A stretch of DNA of 52,137 nt from Stramenopiles sp. TOSAG23-2 (taxonomy: Eukaryota): contig LT649264.1 of assembly GCA_900128395.1 (NCBI GenBank), positions 1 to 52,137 of the forward strand. The letters run 5' to 3'. The position numbers and the translations under genes are program-made. The notes beneath the pieces were generated by a model. The model did no database searches and was not told the DNA's origin. It saw nothing but the letters and a program-made list of their open reading frames with translations. This document shows positions 1 through 10,522 of this stretch, piece after piece. Numbering within the stretch: position 1 is the stretch's first letter; each line of letters starts with the position of its first letter.

Positions 1-668
1 GAAAGTTCTTGATATTGTTCTGTTCTGATCTGATCGATATCTGTCTACGTAAATGATATTATACTGTATAAATCTATATTCAAAATGATAATGTTCATTC
101 AATAAAAAGAAGCATAATAACATAGCACAATACCAGCATACACCACAACAACAACAACAAAAGAAGAAAATTCATCAGCAGCCAGCAGCAGCCGCCAAAG
201 AGGAGTGTGGAGTGATGGCAAAAATTTACAGTAGCTATCCAGGATAGTAGTCGTCTATGAAGAAGAGAAGGAAAATTATGGCAAATCCCTTAATTCAACA
301 AATACATTTTTAGCTGATATATTGCTGGATGATTGCCACATTGCCAGATTATTATTGCTGGATTGCCTTTTAGCTGAAAATCGTTGTTGAACGTTGTCAT
401 TTCCTTGTGTGCCTTTCCTGGCTTTGCTATCCAGGCTATATTAATATACCTTCGTACTTTTGCCCGCTTGTAATATTACAGGTTATTGAAAAATGAAATA
501 ACATACACATAATACTATTAGTACAAACGTTATATATTTCATAAAAAAAATAGACAACAAGTGTACATAATATTAGTGAAAGAAGAGAGAAGATATAGAA
601 AGAGAGACACAAACAAAAGCAATTGGAAGTATATATATATATACATACGTACAATTTTAAAACACAAT

Positions 669-1508
669 ATGGCTACATTAACTAATCATGAAAATATTCA
701 AAACAATATCAATCAAGAAGCACCAACCACCACGACGCCAGAGGTGAATAAAGCGGATACCACTGGCATTACATTTGGTAAAGCAAAAAAGGTTGGTAAA
801 TCAGCAGCAGGGCAAAAGAAAATGAAAAAAAGCAAGGTTACAAATACTAATAGTAGTAATTCAAACAAGTATAATATTCCAATAACCTCATTATTCACCA
901 TCTACGTGTGTAATATACCAGCAAATGCTACGAAAGAATCATTTAACGATATTTTTAAAGATATTGACGGATATCGTGAAACAAGACTAGTCATGCACAT
1001 TGATGGGAAATCTTGTAAAGGTTTTGGCTATGTTGATTTTAAAAATAACAATGGAGTCACCGAAGGTTTAAAACTTGATGGAACAATGTATTTAGACTTG
1101 CCATTAAAAATACGTCCTTATAAGAAAAAAGAATTGCCAAAAACAGTGATATTTGTTTCGAATATTCCACCTAGTATAGATGTACGCCAAATAGGAGAGA
1201 AATTTAAAGAATATGGGACAATAATTGGCATCGATTTAATGAAAGGTGGAAAAGGTAAGAATAAGTCTGGGCGTGGAGTCATAGAGTTTTCTGAAGAAAC
1301 GCATGTCAATAAAGCAATGAAACAGCACAATAAATTAAAGTTCAATGATAATGACAAGGCCTTGTCAATTACTCGTTCAAAACGTGTAGTATCAGATTCT
1401 GGTAAAATGAAATGGAGTAAATTGGTAAATAAATCAAATGAAGCAATGCAACCAAAATCAAAACGTAAAAATAGATTGAGTTTATTTAAACCGAGAAGTG
1501 TTGTGTAA
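669..1508 (+). CDS. Two-RRM RNA-binding protein, resembling the C-terminal half of SART3/Prp24
   Basis: RNP2 IYVCNIP and RNP1 KGFGYVDF; second RRM IFVSNIP ... RGVIEF; C-terminal LSLFKPRSVV. First ATG at 669 preferred over the GTG at 561. Confidence 0.8.
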   Translation: MATLTNHENIQNNINQEAPTTTTPEVNKADTTGITFGKAKKVGKSAAGQKKMKKSKVTNTNSSNSNKYNIPITSLFTIYVCNIPANATKESFNDIFKDIDGYRETRLVMHIDGKSCKGFGYVDFKNNNGVTEGLKLDGTMYLDLPLKIRPYKKKELPKTVIFVSNIPPSIDVRQIGEKFKEYGTIIGIDLMKGGKGKNKSGRGVIEFSEETHVNKAMKQHNKLKFNDNDKALSITRSKRVVSDSGKMKWSKLVNKSNEAMQPKSKRKNRLSLFKPRSVV

Positions 1509-2451
1509 AATTTTTACCGCGATAATTAATACGACCGTGTAAAAATATGTGCGTGTGTGCGTGTGTGTAGCTAATAGCTAATATATAATATAATAATATA
1601 CGCGCGCGTATGTATTTTTATACGATTCGTAAAATGTGAAATATACACGCATGATACGAGTACGTACGACTCCGTAGTAAGTTTTTTTTTTCTAATAAAT
1701 TCTAAAATATATTTTTTTTTATTTTTTTACTTTTTTATTTTTATAATTATATAAAACTCAAAGTCACAATTTGCTTTTAAAAGCGATATAGCTTGATCTC
1801 GTTGTTTTATTGGAATATTTGCCGAAACAATAATATTAAATTGACCTCAGTTATACACCAAAGATATTTTTAACTTGTTCGGGGAAGATTATAAAATCCT
1901 AAGACGTAAACGATGTTATTGTTGTATAAATCAATCCGGTTTGACAGGTCGCATTGATCTACAACAAAGGTATCGATTAAATTACATCAATGATTTCTAA
2001 TCGAAAAAATTCAAATTTCAAACGTGTGCGTTGCATAGTTTATTATAAACTAAAGAATGTGTTTACATTCTTTCTCTTCTATGGGTTGGTTGAGCATCCT
2101 GACTACCGAATTTAATACTGAAACCTATTTGATGAACAATCAATATTAATTTATATTATATATATGATATCACGGTGACGTAACATGAATCATATTAAAC
2201 GAGTTTGTTCAACTAAAAAAAATAGGCCGGACTAAAACAGGCAACTATATGTACGACAAAAAAACGCAGCGCTTATAGACACGGAAATTTTTACTTTACA
2301 TTGTAATTTACAAAGATAGAGGGCACGAAACAAAAAAACGTGTGGCCTCTTCTTAAAAATTCATTATTTTTCTTTCTAATAATATCAACGACGATAAAAC
2401 CATTTACTGTGAAAATGTGAAATGGTTCTTTTTTGTATTTTGGATTTGTTT

Positions 2452-5400
2452 TTAAAAATCGATGTTCCATTCATCTGCCCAATCTTGCTCATGTTCTTCA
2501 AGATCTTCGCCATTCTTAATTTTTGATTTGATCAATTTTTTATTTTTCTTGATCTCAGCACGAGACATTTCTTCAACTTTCTTGATTTTCTTGATCTTAA
2601 CTGTGTTACCCATAGCATCAGTCATGGTATCACCTTGTTCTTGTTGAATCAATTCTTGTTCAGCTGCATATTTTTCCCATTCAGCATCACCTTTAATGTC
2701 CAATTTGTTGTTTGCAACAACCCACGTAACACGTGTGGTAGCATCAGCGAATTCTTTGTTGTGCGTAATTAAACATACACCACCTTCGAAGTTATCAATT
2801 GCTTTTTTCAATGCACCTAATGAATCACGGTCTAAATAATTAGTAGGTTCATCGAGAATGATAACGTGTGGGCATGACCAAGTACATGCAGCAAGAACTA
2901 CTTTAACTTTTTGGCCTCCACTTAAATCGCGAATACGACTGTGTGTCGCATGTTCACTTTCAAGTCCAATGTTACCTAAATGCTCTTCAACATTACGTGC
3001 GGTTAATGGTTTACCCATTGCTTGTGAAGCGGATAAACGTGCATCTAATGCTTTCATCCATTTCAAGAAACCACGTTTTTCCAACATCTCACGAGGGTAC
3101 CATGCATTTTCATCCATAGTCTTGCCCTTCCATTTAACTTCATAATGGTATTCTTTCTTGACTTTACGGCGAGCCATCAATTTTTCAATAACACGTTTTT
3201 CTTTTTTGGTGGAACCATCTTCTAGTTTCACAGAAACTTCAAATGGTTTGTCCATTTTCTTTTGCTCTTCTTTTGAAACTTGTGCAGTTGCCTTTTGACG
3301 TGCCTCTTTATCTTCACCACCTTCATATCTCCAACGAATGTATTCATTTGGAGATTTGTCCAAATGCTGTTCAATATGATGGAATGCATGTTGCGCAACA
3401 TATGCGAAACGGCAATTTGGATGCTTTTTAACCAAACCGGTACTTGGTTTTAATTCACCAGTTAACAATTTGATCATCGTACTTTTGCCGGCACCATTTG
3501 CACCAACAATAGCAACACGAGAAGCCATTGATAAACGTGCAGTTACACCGGTCAATTGTGGTTTAGCAGCACCAGGGTAAGTGAAGTTAACGTCAGTCAT
3601 AGACATAATAGCTGCACCTTTGCTTCGTACGCCGTCCAATATACCTGGTAATGGAAATTTGAATTCCAAATCAGTTGAACCAAGTTCGAAGTATGATTTT
3701 GCTTCTGGGAAACGTTTCACGAATGCAGTTACATTGCCTTTGTACGTATTCAATTTCAAATCTTGAAAATGGATGATGTGGTCAATGGTTTTGTCCATGA
3801 ATGCCGTGTCGTGAGATACCATCAAACATGTTACGTTTGGTAAACTGTTGATGTAATCAACAACCCATTGTACGTTCAAAACATCTAAGTGATTGGTTGG
3901 CTCGTCCATTAACATGATATCTGCTTTTTGCATGGTTGCACGGATCAAGGCTAACTTCATTTTCCATCCACCGGAAAGTTGGGTGATCAAACCGCTGCAC
4001 ATAGCTTCATTAAAGCCATTGTCTATTAAGATTTGTCTTGCTTCTGGTTCAGTAACTTTGATGCCGAATCCAACGGTATCAACCAAATATTGGCAAGTGT
4101 TCATTTGCATTTGGGAACCTTGGATATCGTTTTCAATAAAGATGGTACGAACTTCATCACTTGTTGGGAAACCTTCCACTTGGCCGTTGGAGATTGCGCG
4201 CATCATGGTAGTTTTACCTGCACTTTTTGAAGCGATGATACCGTATTTGTAACCTTTTTTTAAATGTAAGCGACTGTTGTTCAACAAAATGTTAGAACCG
4301 TATGCTAATGAAAACATTAAGTCGCAAAGATCTGGAGTTGGATCATCATCATCATCGTCTTGTAAAACAACTTCATCACTTTGACCAGCAATGATACCGC
4401 ATTTTGCACTGCAGTAAAGACGTAATGTTTCGATTGCTTTGCTTGCAGCTGCTTCATCACCTTTCAATGCAGTCTTCAATGCAACGGTCAATGTTTTTTT
4501 CCATGCACTTGGTTCTGCGTTGCGTGTAACATTGCAAAATGCAGTTGCTACGTCAGCAACATAACCAACAACGTTTTCTTCACTTGTGTTTGTTGTTTTA
4601 ACACTTTTTTTCAATGTAGCAAGAACATCCTCAGTTGTGATAGTAACTGGTTCAGCTTCTTTACCTTTTTTACTAACACGTAATAAAGTTTCATGTGCTT
4701 TCTCAAAACGTTTACGGCATTCAGGATCAGAGATTGTTTTCAAACCGTGTTCAAGCAATGGCTCGATCAATGGAAGGAATGGTGCAACGTCTGCTGGGTT
4801 CTTAACCAATTTTGCCATGTTCTCCGTGATAACAGCACATTTACGTTTAATAGCTGTTTTTGGCTCTTTGAAACCACGTTCCAAAATTGGGCATGTGATG
4901 GACAAAGCAGATGCGGTAACAGTTTGTACGAATGTGGTACCTGCCAATGCGTAAACGCAATCAGCAACTGTGTCTGGTTTTTCAATTGCTTCAACCATTG
5001 ATGGGATAAATGGTTCCAAATCGATGTTGTCAATAGCATCGCATACGTCTTCCAATGTATCAGCAGCTTGTACTTTAACTTGTTTACGTGTATCCCACAT
5101 TTTGTCAGAGATGATAGGAACTAACGTTGTCATTAAACTTTCAATTTCACGTGGTGCTTGTTTTGCTGATTTGCTTAATAATTTCAATGAAGTAACTTTC
5201 GTTTGGAATCTTGCTAAATCTGCTAAGCCGCTTTCGTCACCTTCTAAGATGAAACGTTTTACAAAAACTGGAACTGCTGGTGCAGGTACAACTTCAAAAA
5301 CTGCGTTTGCGGCAACGTCAGCGGATTCTCTTACGCCTTTTGCTTTTTTATCACCACATAATGCTAATACGATACCACTCATTGCAAATAAAGATGGTAC

Positions 5401-5832
5401 TACACTTTCGCCCAATTTAGTTGCGATTGCGGTTACGATTTTACATCCAGCTTCACGTGCTGCGCCACTTTTGCTTTTCAAAAGCTCAGTAACGATCATG
5501 GATGTTACGTCAGAAGATACTACCAATTCTGCAGTTGTCAAGGCTGCAGTGAATTGTTCAATGGCAATTGTACCATCGTCTTCAACTTGTTTACCATTAC
5601 ATTTAGTAACGACTTCACTTAACAAATTACGTAATGCAGTTTGTTCTGGTGTGAAAGTTTTTGTTGCTGGCACATTTGCTTTTGCTTGTGGTGCTTTTGG
5701 TGCTTTGTTTTTCATTCCCATTTTTTTCATACCATCGGTAACGTCACTTACTTTTGGTTTTTGGAATTTTTTATTTCTGCGATTGCGACCACCTCTTTTT
5801 GATTTTGTTGTTTGTTGTTTTGGTTCTGGCAT
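2452..5832 (-). CDS. YEF3: Translation elongation factor eEF3 (ABC-F family)
   Basis: HEAT N-terminus (MWDTRKQVK, DNIDLEPFIP, LAGTTFVQTV); ABC1 (FSLAYG, SAGKTT, LSGGWKMKLAL, MDEPTNHLD); ABC2 (GANGAGKST, AYVAQHAFHHIE, LSGGQKVKVV, LDEPTNYLD) with chromodomain insertion YEVKWKG. Confidence 0.96.
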   Translation of the reverse strand: MPEPKQQTTKSKRGGRNRRNKKFQKPKVSDVTDGMKKMGMKNKAPKAPQAKANVPATKTFTPEQTALRNLLSEVVTKCNGKQVEDDGTIAIEQFTAALTTAELVVSSDVTSMIVTELLKSKSGAAREAGCKIVTAIATKLGESVVPSLFAMSGIVLALCGDKKAKGVRESADVAANAVFEVVPAPAVPVFVKRFILEGDESGLADLARFQTKVTSLKLLSKSAKQAPREIESLMTTLVPIISDKMWDTRKQVKVQAADTLEDVCDAIDNIDLEPFIPSMVEAIEKPDTVADCVYALAGTTFVQTVTASALSITCPILERGFKEPKTAIKRKCAVITENMAKLVKNPADVAPFLPLIEPLLEHGLKTISDPECRKRFEKAHETLLRVSKKGKEAEPVTITTEDVLATLKKSVKTTNTSEENVVGYVADVATAFCNVTRNAEPSAWKKTLTVALKTALKGDEAAASKAIETLRLYCSAKCGIIAGQSDEVVLQDDDDDDPTPDLCDLMFSLAYGSNILLNNSRLHLKKGYKYGIIASKSAGKTTMMRAISNGQVEGFPTSDEVRTIFIENDIQGSQMQMNTCQYLVDTVGFGIKVTEPEARQILIDNGFNEAMCSGLITQLSGGWKMKLALIRATMQKADIMLMDEPTNHLDVLNVQWVVDYINSLPNVTCLMVSHDTAFMDKTIDHIIHFQDLKLNTYKGNVTAFVKRFPEAKSYFELGSTDLEFKFPLPGILDGVRSKGAAIMSMTDVNFTYPGAAKPQLTGVTARLSMASRVAIVGANGAGKSTMIKLLTGELKPSTGLVKKHPNCRFAYVAQHAFHHIEQHLDKSPNEYIRWRYEGGEDKEARQKATAQVSKEEQKKMDKPFEVSVKLEDGSTKKEKRVIEKLMARRKVKKEYHYEVKWKGKTMDENAWYPREMLEKRGFLKWMKALDARLSASQAMGKPLTARNVEEHLGNIGLESEHATHSRIRDLSGGQKVKVVLAACTWSCPHVIILDEPTNYLDRDSLGALKKAIDNFEGGVCLITHNKEFADATTRVTWVVANNKLDIKGDAEWEKYAAEQELIQQEQGDTMTDAMGNTVKIKKIKKVEEMSRAEIKKNKKLIKSKIKNGEDLEEHEQDWADEWNIDF

Positions 5833-6522
5833 ATTTGTTTTTGTTTTTGTTTTTGTTTTTGTTTTGTTTTTTTTTGTTTTACGTTTAACTATTAAAATAT
5901 ATTATTCAAAAATTATTTTAATGCTTTGTTGTTTTATTTTGTTTTGTTTTGTTTTGCTTCGTTTGTTTGTTTATGTGTATGTATAGTTTTTTTCTGTATT
6001 AGTGCATTAGTATATTCTATTTATTGTGGTAGCCAGGTGGGTTGCAGGTCTTTGTCAAAGCTGATAAGAGGCTCACAGTATTAAAATTGACTTTTGTATT
6101 GTTGAAATTTATACAATCAACAAATTCTGGCTACTAACGAGGTTTTTATTTGGTTGAGCACCATTGAATTTGGAATGAATATTAATAGTACATGAACACA
6201 CCATTACAGAAATTTAAAAATTATTGTAGAAAAACCGACGCACGTTTTTTATGGCGGATGATGATTTAAATGATGAGGCAATTTTATTTTCAGCAAGATT
6301 AATTGCGTCGTTGATTTCTTATCTTACAACAATTGTCTCGCTGGATTCTGGATTTCCAATTTCCAGTTGTGATGGGAGAGCTGCTTGATGCCCGGCTTGG
6401 AATTGAATAAACAACTCCGTTCTTATACAGTTAGAAAAAAACATCTCATATATATTCATTCAATACACACACATATAATAGCAAAACGCACATACACAAA
6501 AAATACATAATAGTAATACATT

Positions 6523-7041
6523 ATGGCTGGTAGTGGTGAGAAAAAAAGACAAAAATTATTAGCAGAATTTAAAAAATATTTATATATTGTTATTATAACA
6601 ATAAATGTGATATATTTAATTTTTCGCATTGGTATATATCGTAGTTCATTTACGTCTGGACGTCAATATGCATATTATACCATTATCTTTTTAACGATTT
6701 TGTTTTCATATTTGTTACTCAGTGCAAGAGGAAATGCAAGAATGTTAGATTTACAAAGCGAAGTGCAACCTGGTTCCAAATATATTGATTTATTAGGATT
6801 AACGTTTGTTGTTCAGCTAGGCTCCCTTTATAGTGATTATTTTTGGTTATTATATTTAGTCCTACCGGGAACACTGATTTATTATGGAATACGCATGTTG
6901 TTAAATTGGGTATTTACACCACAAGAAAGTGATTTTTACGATGCAAATGGAAACGACATACGTTTAAAAGAAAATAATTCCTCTGCTGCAAAAGGCAGAA
7001 ACCGAAAAAGTGGGAATAAATATGCAAGATTTCGTAATTAA
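6523..7041 (+). CDS. TMEM208: TMEM208/SND2 (DUF788) ER membrane protein
   Basis: MAGSGEKK start, hydrophobic helices, YIDLLGLT...SDYFWLLYLVLP motif, basic C-terminus. Confidence 0.85.
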   Translation: MAGSGEKKRQKLLAEFKKYLYIVIITINVIYLIFRIGIYRSSFTSGRQYAYYTIIFLTILFSYLLLSARGNARMLDLQSEVQPGSKYIDLLGLTFVVQLGSLYSDYFWLLYLVLPGTLIYYGIRMLLNWVFTPQESDFYDANGNDIRLKENNSSAAKGRNRKSGNKYARFRN

Positions 7042-8050
7042 CCATGTTATTATAAGAAGGTGTTTTTTAACTTCATAAATAAAAATATATAAGTTAAATG
7101 GTATTTCTATATTAATACTTACTTACAATTACACAGCATTAAAAATACCATCATCCTCTATATCACTTTTTATAATACAACGGTACAGTACAGATAACAC
7201 ATAGTGGAGGAATTAGGAACATCCACCACTCGAAAATGAATAAATACATCATATATATGTATGTACACACATTTTTACACCCATTTGCAGACCAATAATT
7301 CTATATTCTAATATTGAATTTATATATATATGGAAAGACGACATATATTAGTCATCACGCCAAGATAATAATACACAAATATATTTACAAGCAATATATA
7401 CGTTTATAAGATATGGGTGAAAATGACACAGCAAATGGTGTTGAACAAAAGAAAGGAAGAAGAAGAAAGTGAACATGATGGATGGGGCCACTCGTACTCC
7501 TCATACTAGCTCTAGTCACAGCTCTAGTGACAGTTATAACTAACAGTACTATGTACAGCAGTATATTTTCCCAAAACATTCTTACGAATAGGTTCTTACT
7601 GTAAAACAACAATTGATAACTTAAAAATTATGAATCACTTAAAATTACTAACTAAATATAATAAATAAATAATAATGTAAATAATATGTAACAATTAAGG
7701 TACTTGAAAGAATGAAGGGGCAATGTTAATGTTATCATGTTCTGATCAGGGTTATTAGGGAATAACAACGGAACAACATTAAAATAGCTCTAGCTCATCT
7801 GCCCTAATAATATGACATACTGGTTACACTGGTATATAGTATGTGCATATTATAATAGACTGTATTCAATATGTAATCATAATCCTTTTTTTCCGATTGA
7901 GAAAAATAAAGTATACCAGTATAATAATAATGAAAATATCAATTTTATATATATAACAATCTACTATTGATGAATATTCATCACATCTACTCAAACATTG
8001 TACAGCTTATATTTATCACTACCTTATTAAATATACAACAACAACAAAAA

Positions 8051-8824
8051 ATGAATGATAAAAAAAGAAATAGAGATGATGGTGGTATGGAAAGACAATT
8101 ATTAAAGAATGAAAAAAAACAAAAAATAAGTGATGATAATAATAATAATACACCAGTTGTTGATTTGATGACTTTGGAAGAAAAAATTAAAGCATTAGAA
8201 GATAGTTTGGAAAATAGTAGTAGTAGCAGTAGCAGCAGCAGCAGTGATGGTAGTGATAGTGATGACAGTGATGTAGATAACGATGAGGATTTACGTATAC
8301 CACCATTACCACCTGATCAATTGCCAGAATATTATAAAAAAACTAATGAAAAAAAAAAGAATAATAATAACAATCAATATCAAGACCGTAGAGATAGTAA
8401 ATATTGGCAAAAACAATTAAATGAAGCCATGAAAAGTTATGTACCATCACAAAACCGGCCATTATATTGTCGAATATGTAAATTAGATTTTAACAATGAA
8501 ACTGAATTAATGGAACATCGTCGTAGTATGGAACATCGAAATGCTGCTAAATTAGAAAGACAAATGACTTATTGTAATGTATGCGATAAACAATTTACAA
8601 GTGTAAAACAATTAGAAGATCATTCCAGTGGTAGATGGCATAAAGAGAAATTAACACGTCATCGTAATAAAATGAGTAAACGTGGGAGAGGTAGAGGTAG
8701 GGGTGGTAGCCGGGGCCGATGGCGTGGTGGTCGTGGAGGTAGAGGTAGAGGTGGGGGATATAATCCTGGTCGGGGGCGTGGACGTGGACGTGGGTATAGT
8801 AACAGAGGTAGAGGACGTCGATAA
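8051..8824 (+). CDS. Double matrin/U1-type C2H2 zinc-finger protein with C-terminal RGG tail
   Basis: CRIC-x12-H-x5-H and CNVC-x12-H-x5-H; long RG/RGG run. ATG 8051 chosen because upstream sequence looks like UTR. Confidence 0.8.
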   Translation: MNDKKRNRDDGGMERQLLKNEKKQKISDDNNNNTPVVDLMTLEEKIKALEDSLENSSSSSSSSSSDGSDSDDSDVDNDEDLRIPPLPPDQLPEYYKKTNEKKKNNNNNQYQDRRDSKYWQKQLNEAMKSYVPSQNRPLYCRICKLDFNNETELMEHRRSMEHRNAAKLERQMTYCNVCDKQFTSVKQLEDHSSGRWHKEKLTRHRNKMSKRGRGRGRGGSRGRWRGGRGGRGRGGGYNPGRGRGRGRGYSNRGRGRR

Positions 8825-9049
8825 ATGTTAAATAAATGTTATTATAAATATCTTTTTGTGTACAAAATACATTTTTATTTTTTTTTATACAATATTTATA
8901 ATAAAATATTTTATAATTTTTTAATTCGCACATCAATTCAGATATCTCTCTAAAAAATAATTTTTAGTAGAGACCGTACTCTAACTTTTTACGATATTCG
9001 TACAAATACATACTCTAGTATTTATACAAAACCACCACACTTCTTCTCA

Positions 9050-10228
9050 TTAAAACATTGATGCATTCAAATCAACAACAACAGGTAAATCTTCTTCGTC
9101 TTCTTCTCCTTCTACAAACCCATTGCTTCTATATTTAGTATTATACTTATTTTCAATATCCAATCCAACATTTTCTTTTAAATATTTCAATATTGATATC
9201 ACTTCCATTTTAATATTTGGGTGACATGATGTAGTGCAATCATTGATGCCATCTTTAACACAAATAAAATATAAATTTTTTATACATTCTTCTAAAAAAT
9301 TACCTTTCGATAAATCATTCCCGAAAAAATCAAATGGAATTTCTTTTAATTGACATTGTAATGTTTTTAAAAATGTTGTAAAAAATGATAGTACATCCAT
9401 TTTATTATTATATAATGATGTATTAGTAGTTTCTAACGATAATAATAAAGCTTTTTCTGATAAACATATTAAATGTACCATATTTTTCCATTGATCAAAT
9501 GCATCAAATGATTGTCCAATTAAAAAACAAATAAATGCAAATTGTAATTCCCCTAAAAATAATTCAAATTTATTATTATATTCCTTTAAAAGTAATGTAA
9601 AAAAAGCATCACTTCTATCAAACAAATTATTTTTTGGTAAAGTTGTAAAAAATATATGTGATGGTATGTTTCCTATTTGTTTTTCATCATTATTATTATT
9701 ATTATTATCGTCATTTTTGGTTACATTTTGTAACATTTGCTTCTCGTTGTTATCAAGTGGTTTTGATGAAGCTGATATGATTTTTTGTATTGGTTCAATT
9801 CTATTCACAACTTCCAAAGTTATATGATTAGATAATTGATTCCATTTTGTATATTCTTCCATAGGATATGCACCTAAATTATTTTCAAACGCACCATTAT
9901 AAATACCACGCTTATATCGTTCAATTTCTTCTGTATCTTTTAATAAATTTAACACTTCATTTGCCGTATCCCAAATATAGATAAACACGTCACTTTGTTT
10001 TACATTGACAAAGAATCCAGTCCGTAATTGTCCGATATTATTTGTATCTTTATTATCAGCTACAGTATAGTGTACATAATGTATACCAAGTGGTATTGCA
10101 GCAATACCTTTGAATTTTTCTGCAATTTTCCATATTTTACAATCAATTCCAATTTCACTTCCAACTGGTATATCACCTAATATTAATAAGACGGGACGTT
10201 GTTTGATTTGTTCCTCGGTATGCATCAT
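9050..10228 (-). CDS. AAR2: U5 snRNP assembly factor AAR2
   Basis: EIGIDC...FKGIAAIPLGIHYVHY, RTGFF, LGAYP, LGELQFAFICFLIGQ...AFDQWK, acidic tail EDLPVVV. Confidence 0.93.
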   Translation of the reverse strand: MMHTEEQIKQRPVLLILGDIPVGSEIGIDCKIWKIAEKFKGIAAIPLGIHYVHYTVADNKDTNNIGQLRTGFFVNVKQSDVFIYIWDTANEVLNLLKDTEEIERYKRGIYNGAFENNLGAYPMEEYTKWNQLSNHITLEVVNRIEPIQKIISASSKPLDNNEKQMLQNVTKNDDNNNNNNDEKQIGNIPSHIFFTTLPKNNLFDRSDAFFTLLLKEYNNKFELFLGELQFAFICFLIGQSFDAFDQWKNMVHLICLSEKALLLSLETTNTSLYNNKMDVLSFFTTFLKTLQCQLKEIPFDFFGNDLSKGNFLEECIKNLYFICVKDGINDCTTSCHPNIKMEVISILKYLKENVGLDIENKYNTKYRSNGFVEGEEDEEDLPVVVDLNASMF

Positions 10229-10522
10229 GTTGGTAATAATAATATATAATACATACGATAGATTGCTGGATGGGTGGATGGTTTGATTTTTAGTATAATT
10301 GTAGATGTAGTTGTTGTTGTTGTTATTGGTGATTTGTATTAGGGATAATATAAAAATAAATATATTCTTCTAATTATATTATTATCATCGATAATGATGA
10401 ATTTATTTGATAGGCATTTTTCATTACTGTAGCAACTAGAATACGAGGGAAGGGTTCAATTTATAAAAATTAAAAAATATTTTATACAATATTTATAGAT
10501 GATGTATAATTACACCACACAT

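Noticed and set aside
301-436. Short degenerate repeats (TTTTAGCTGA, ATTGCTGGAT, GCTATCCAGG)
   Set aside because: Two copies each with irregular spacing, near the window edge; no interpretable structure.
4970-5986. 338-aa antisense ORF and other plus-strand ORFs over eEF3
   Set aside because: Shadow ORFs expected from codon bias of the sense gene; no motifs, and the end runs into low-complexity UTR.
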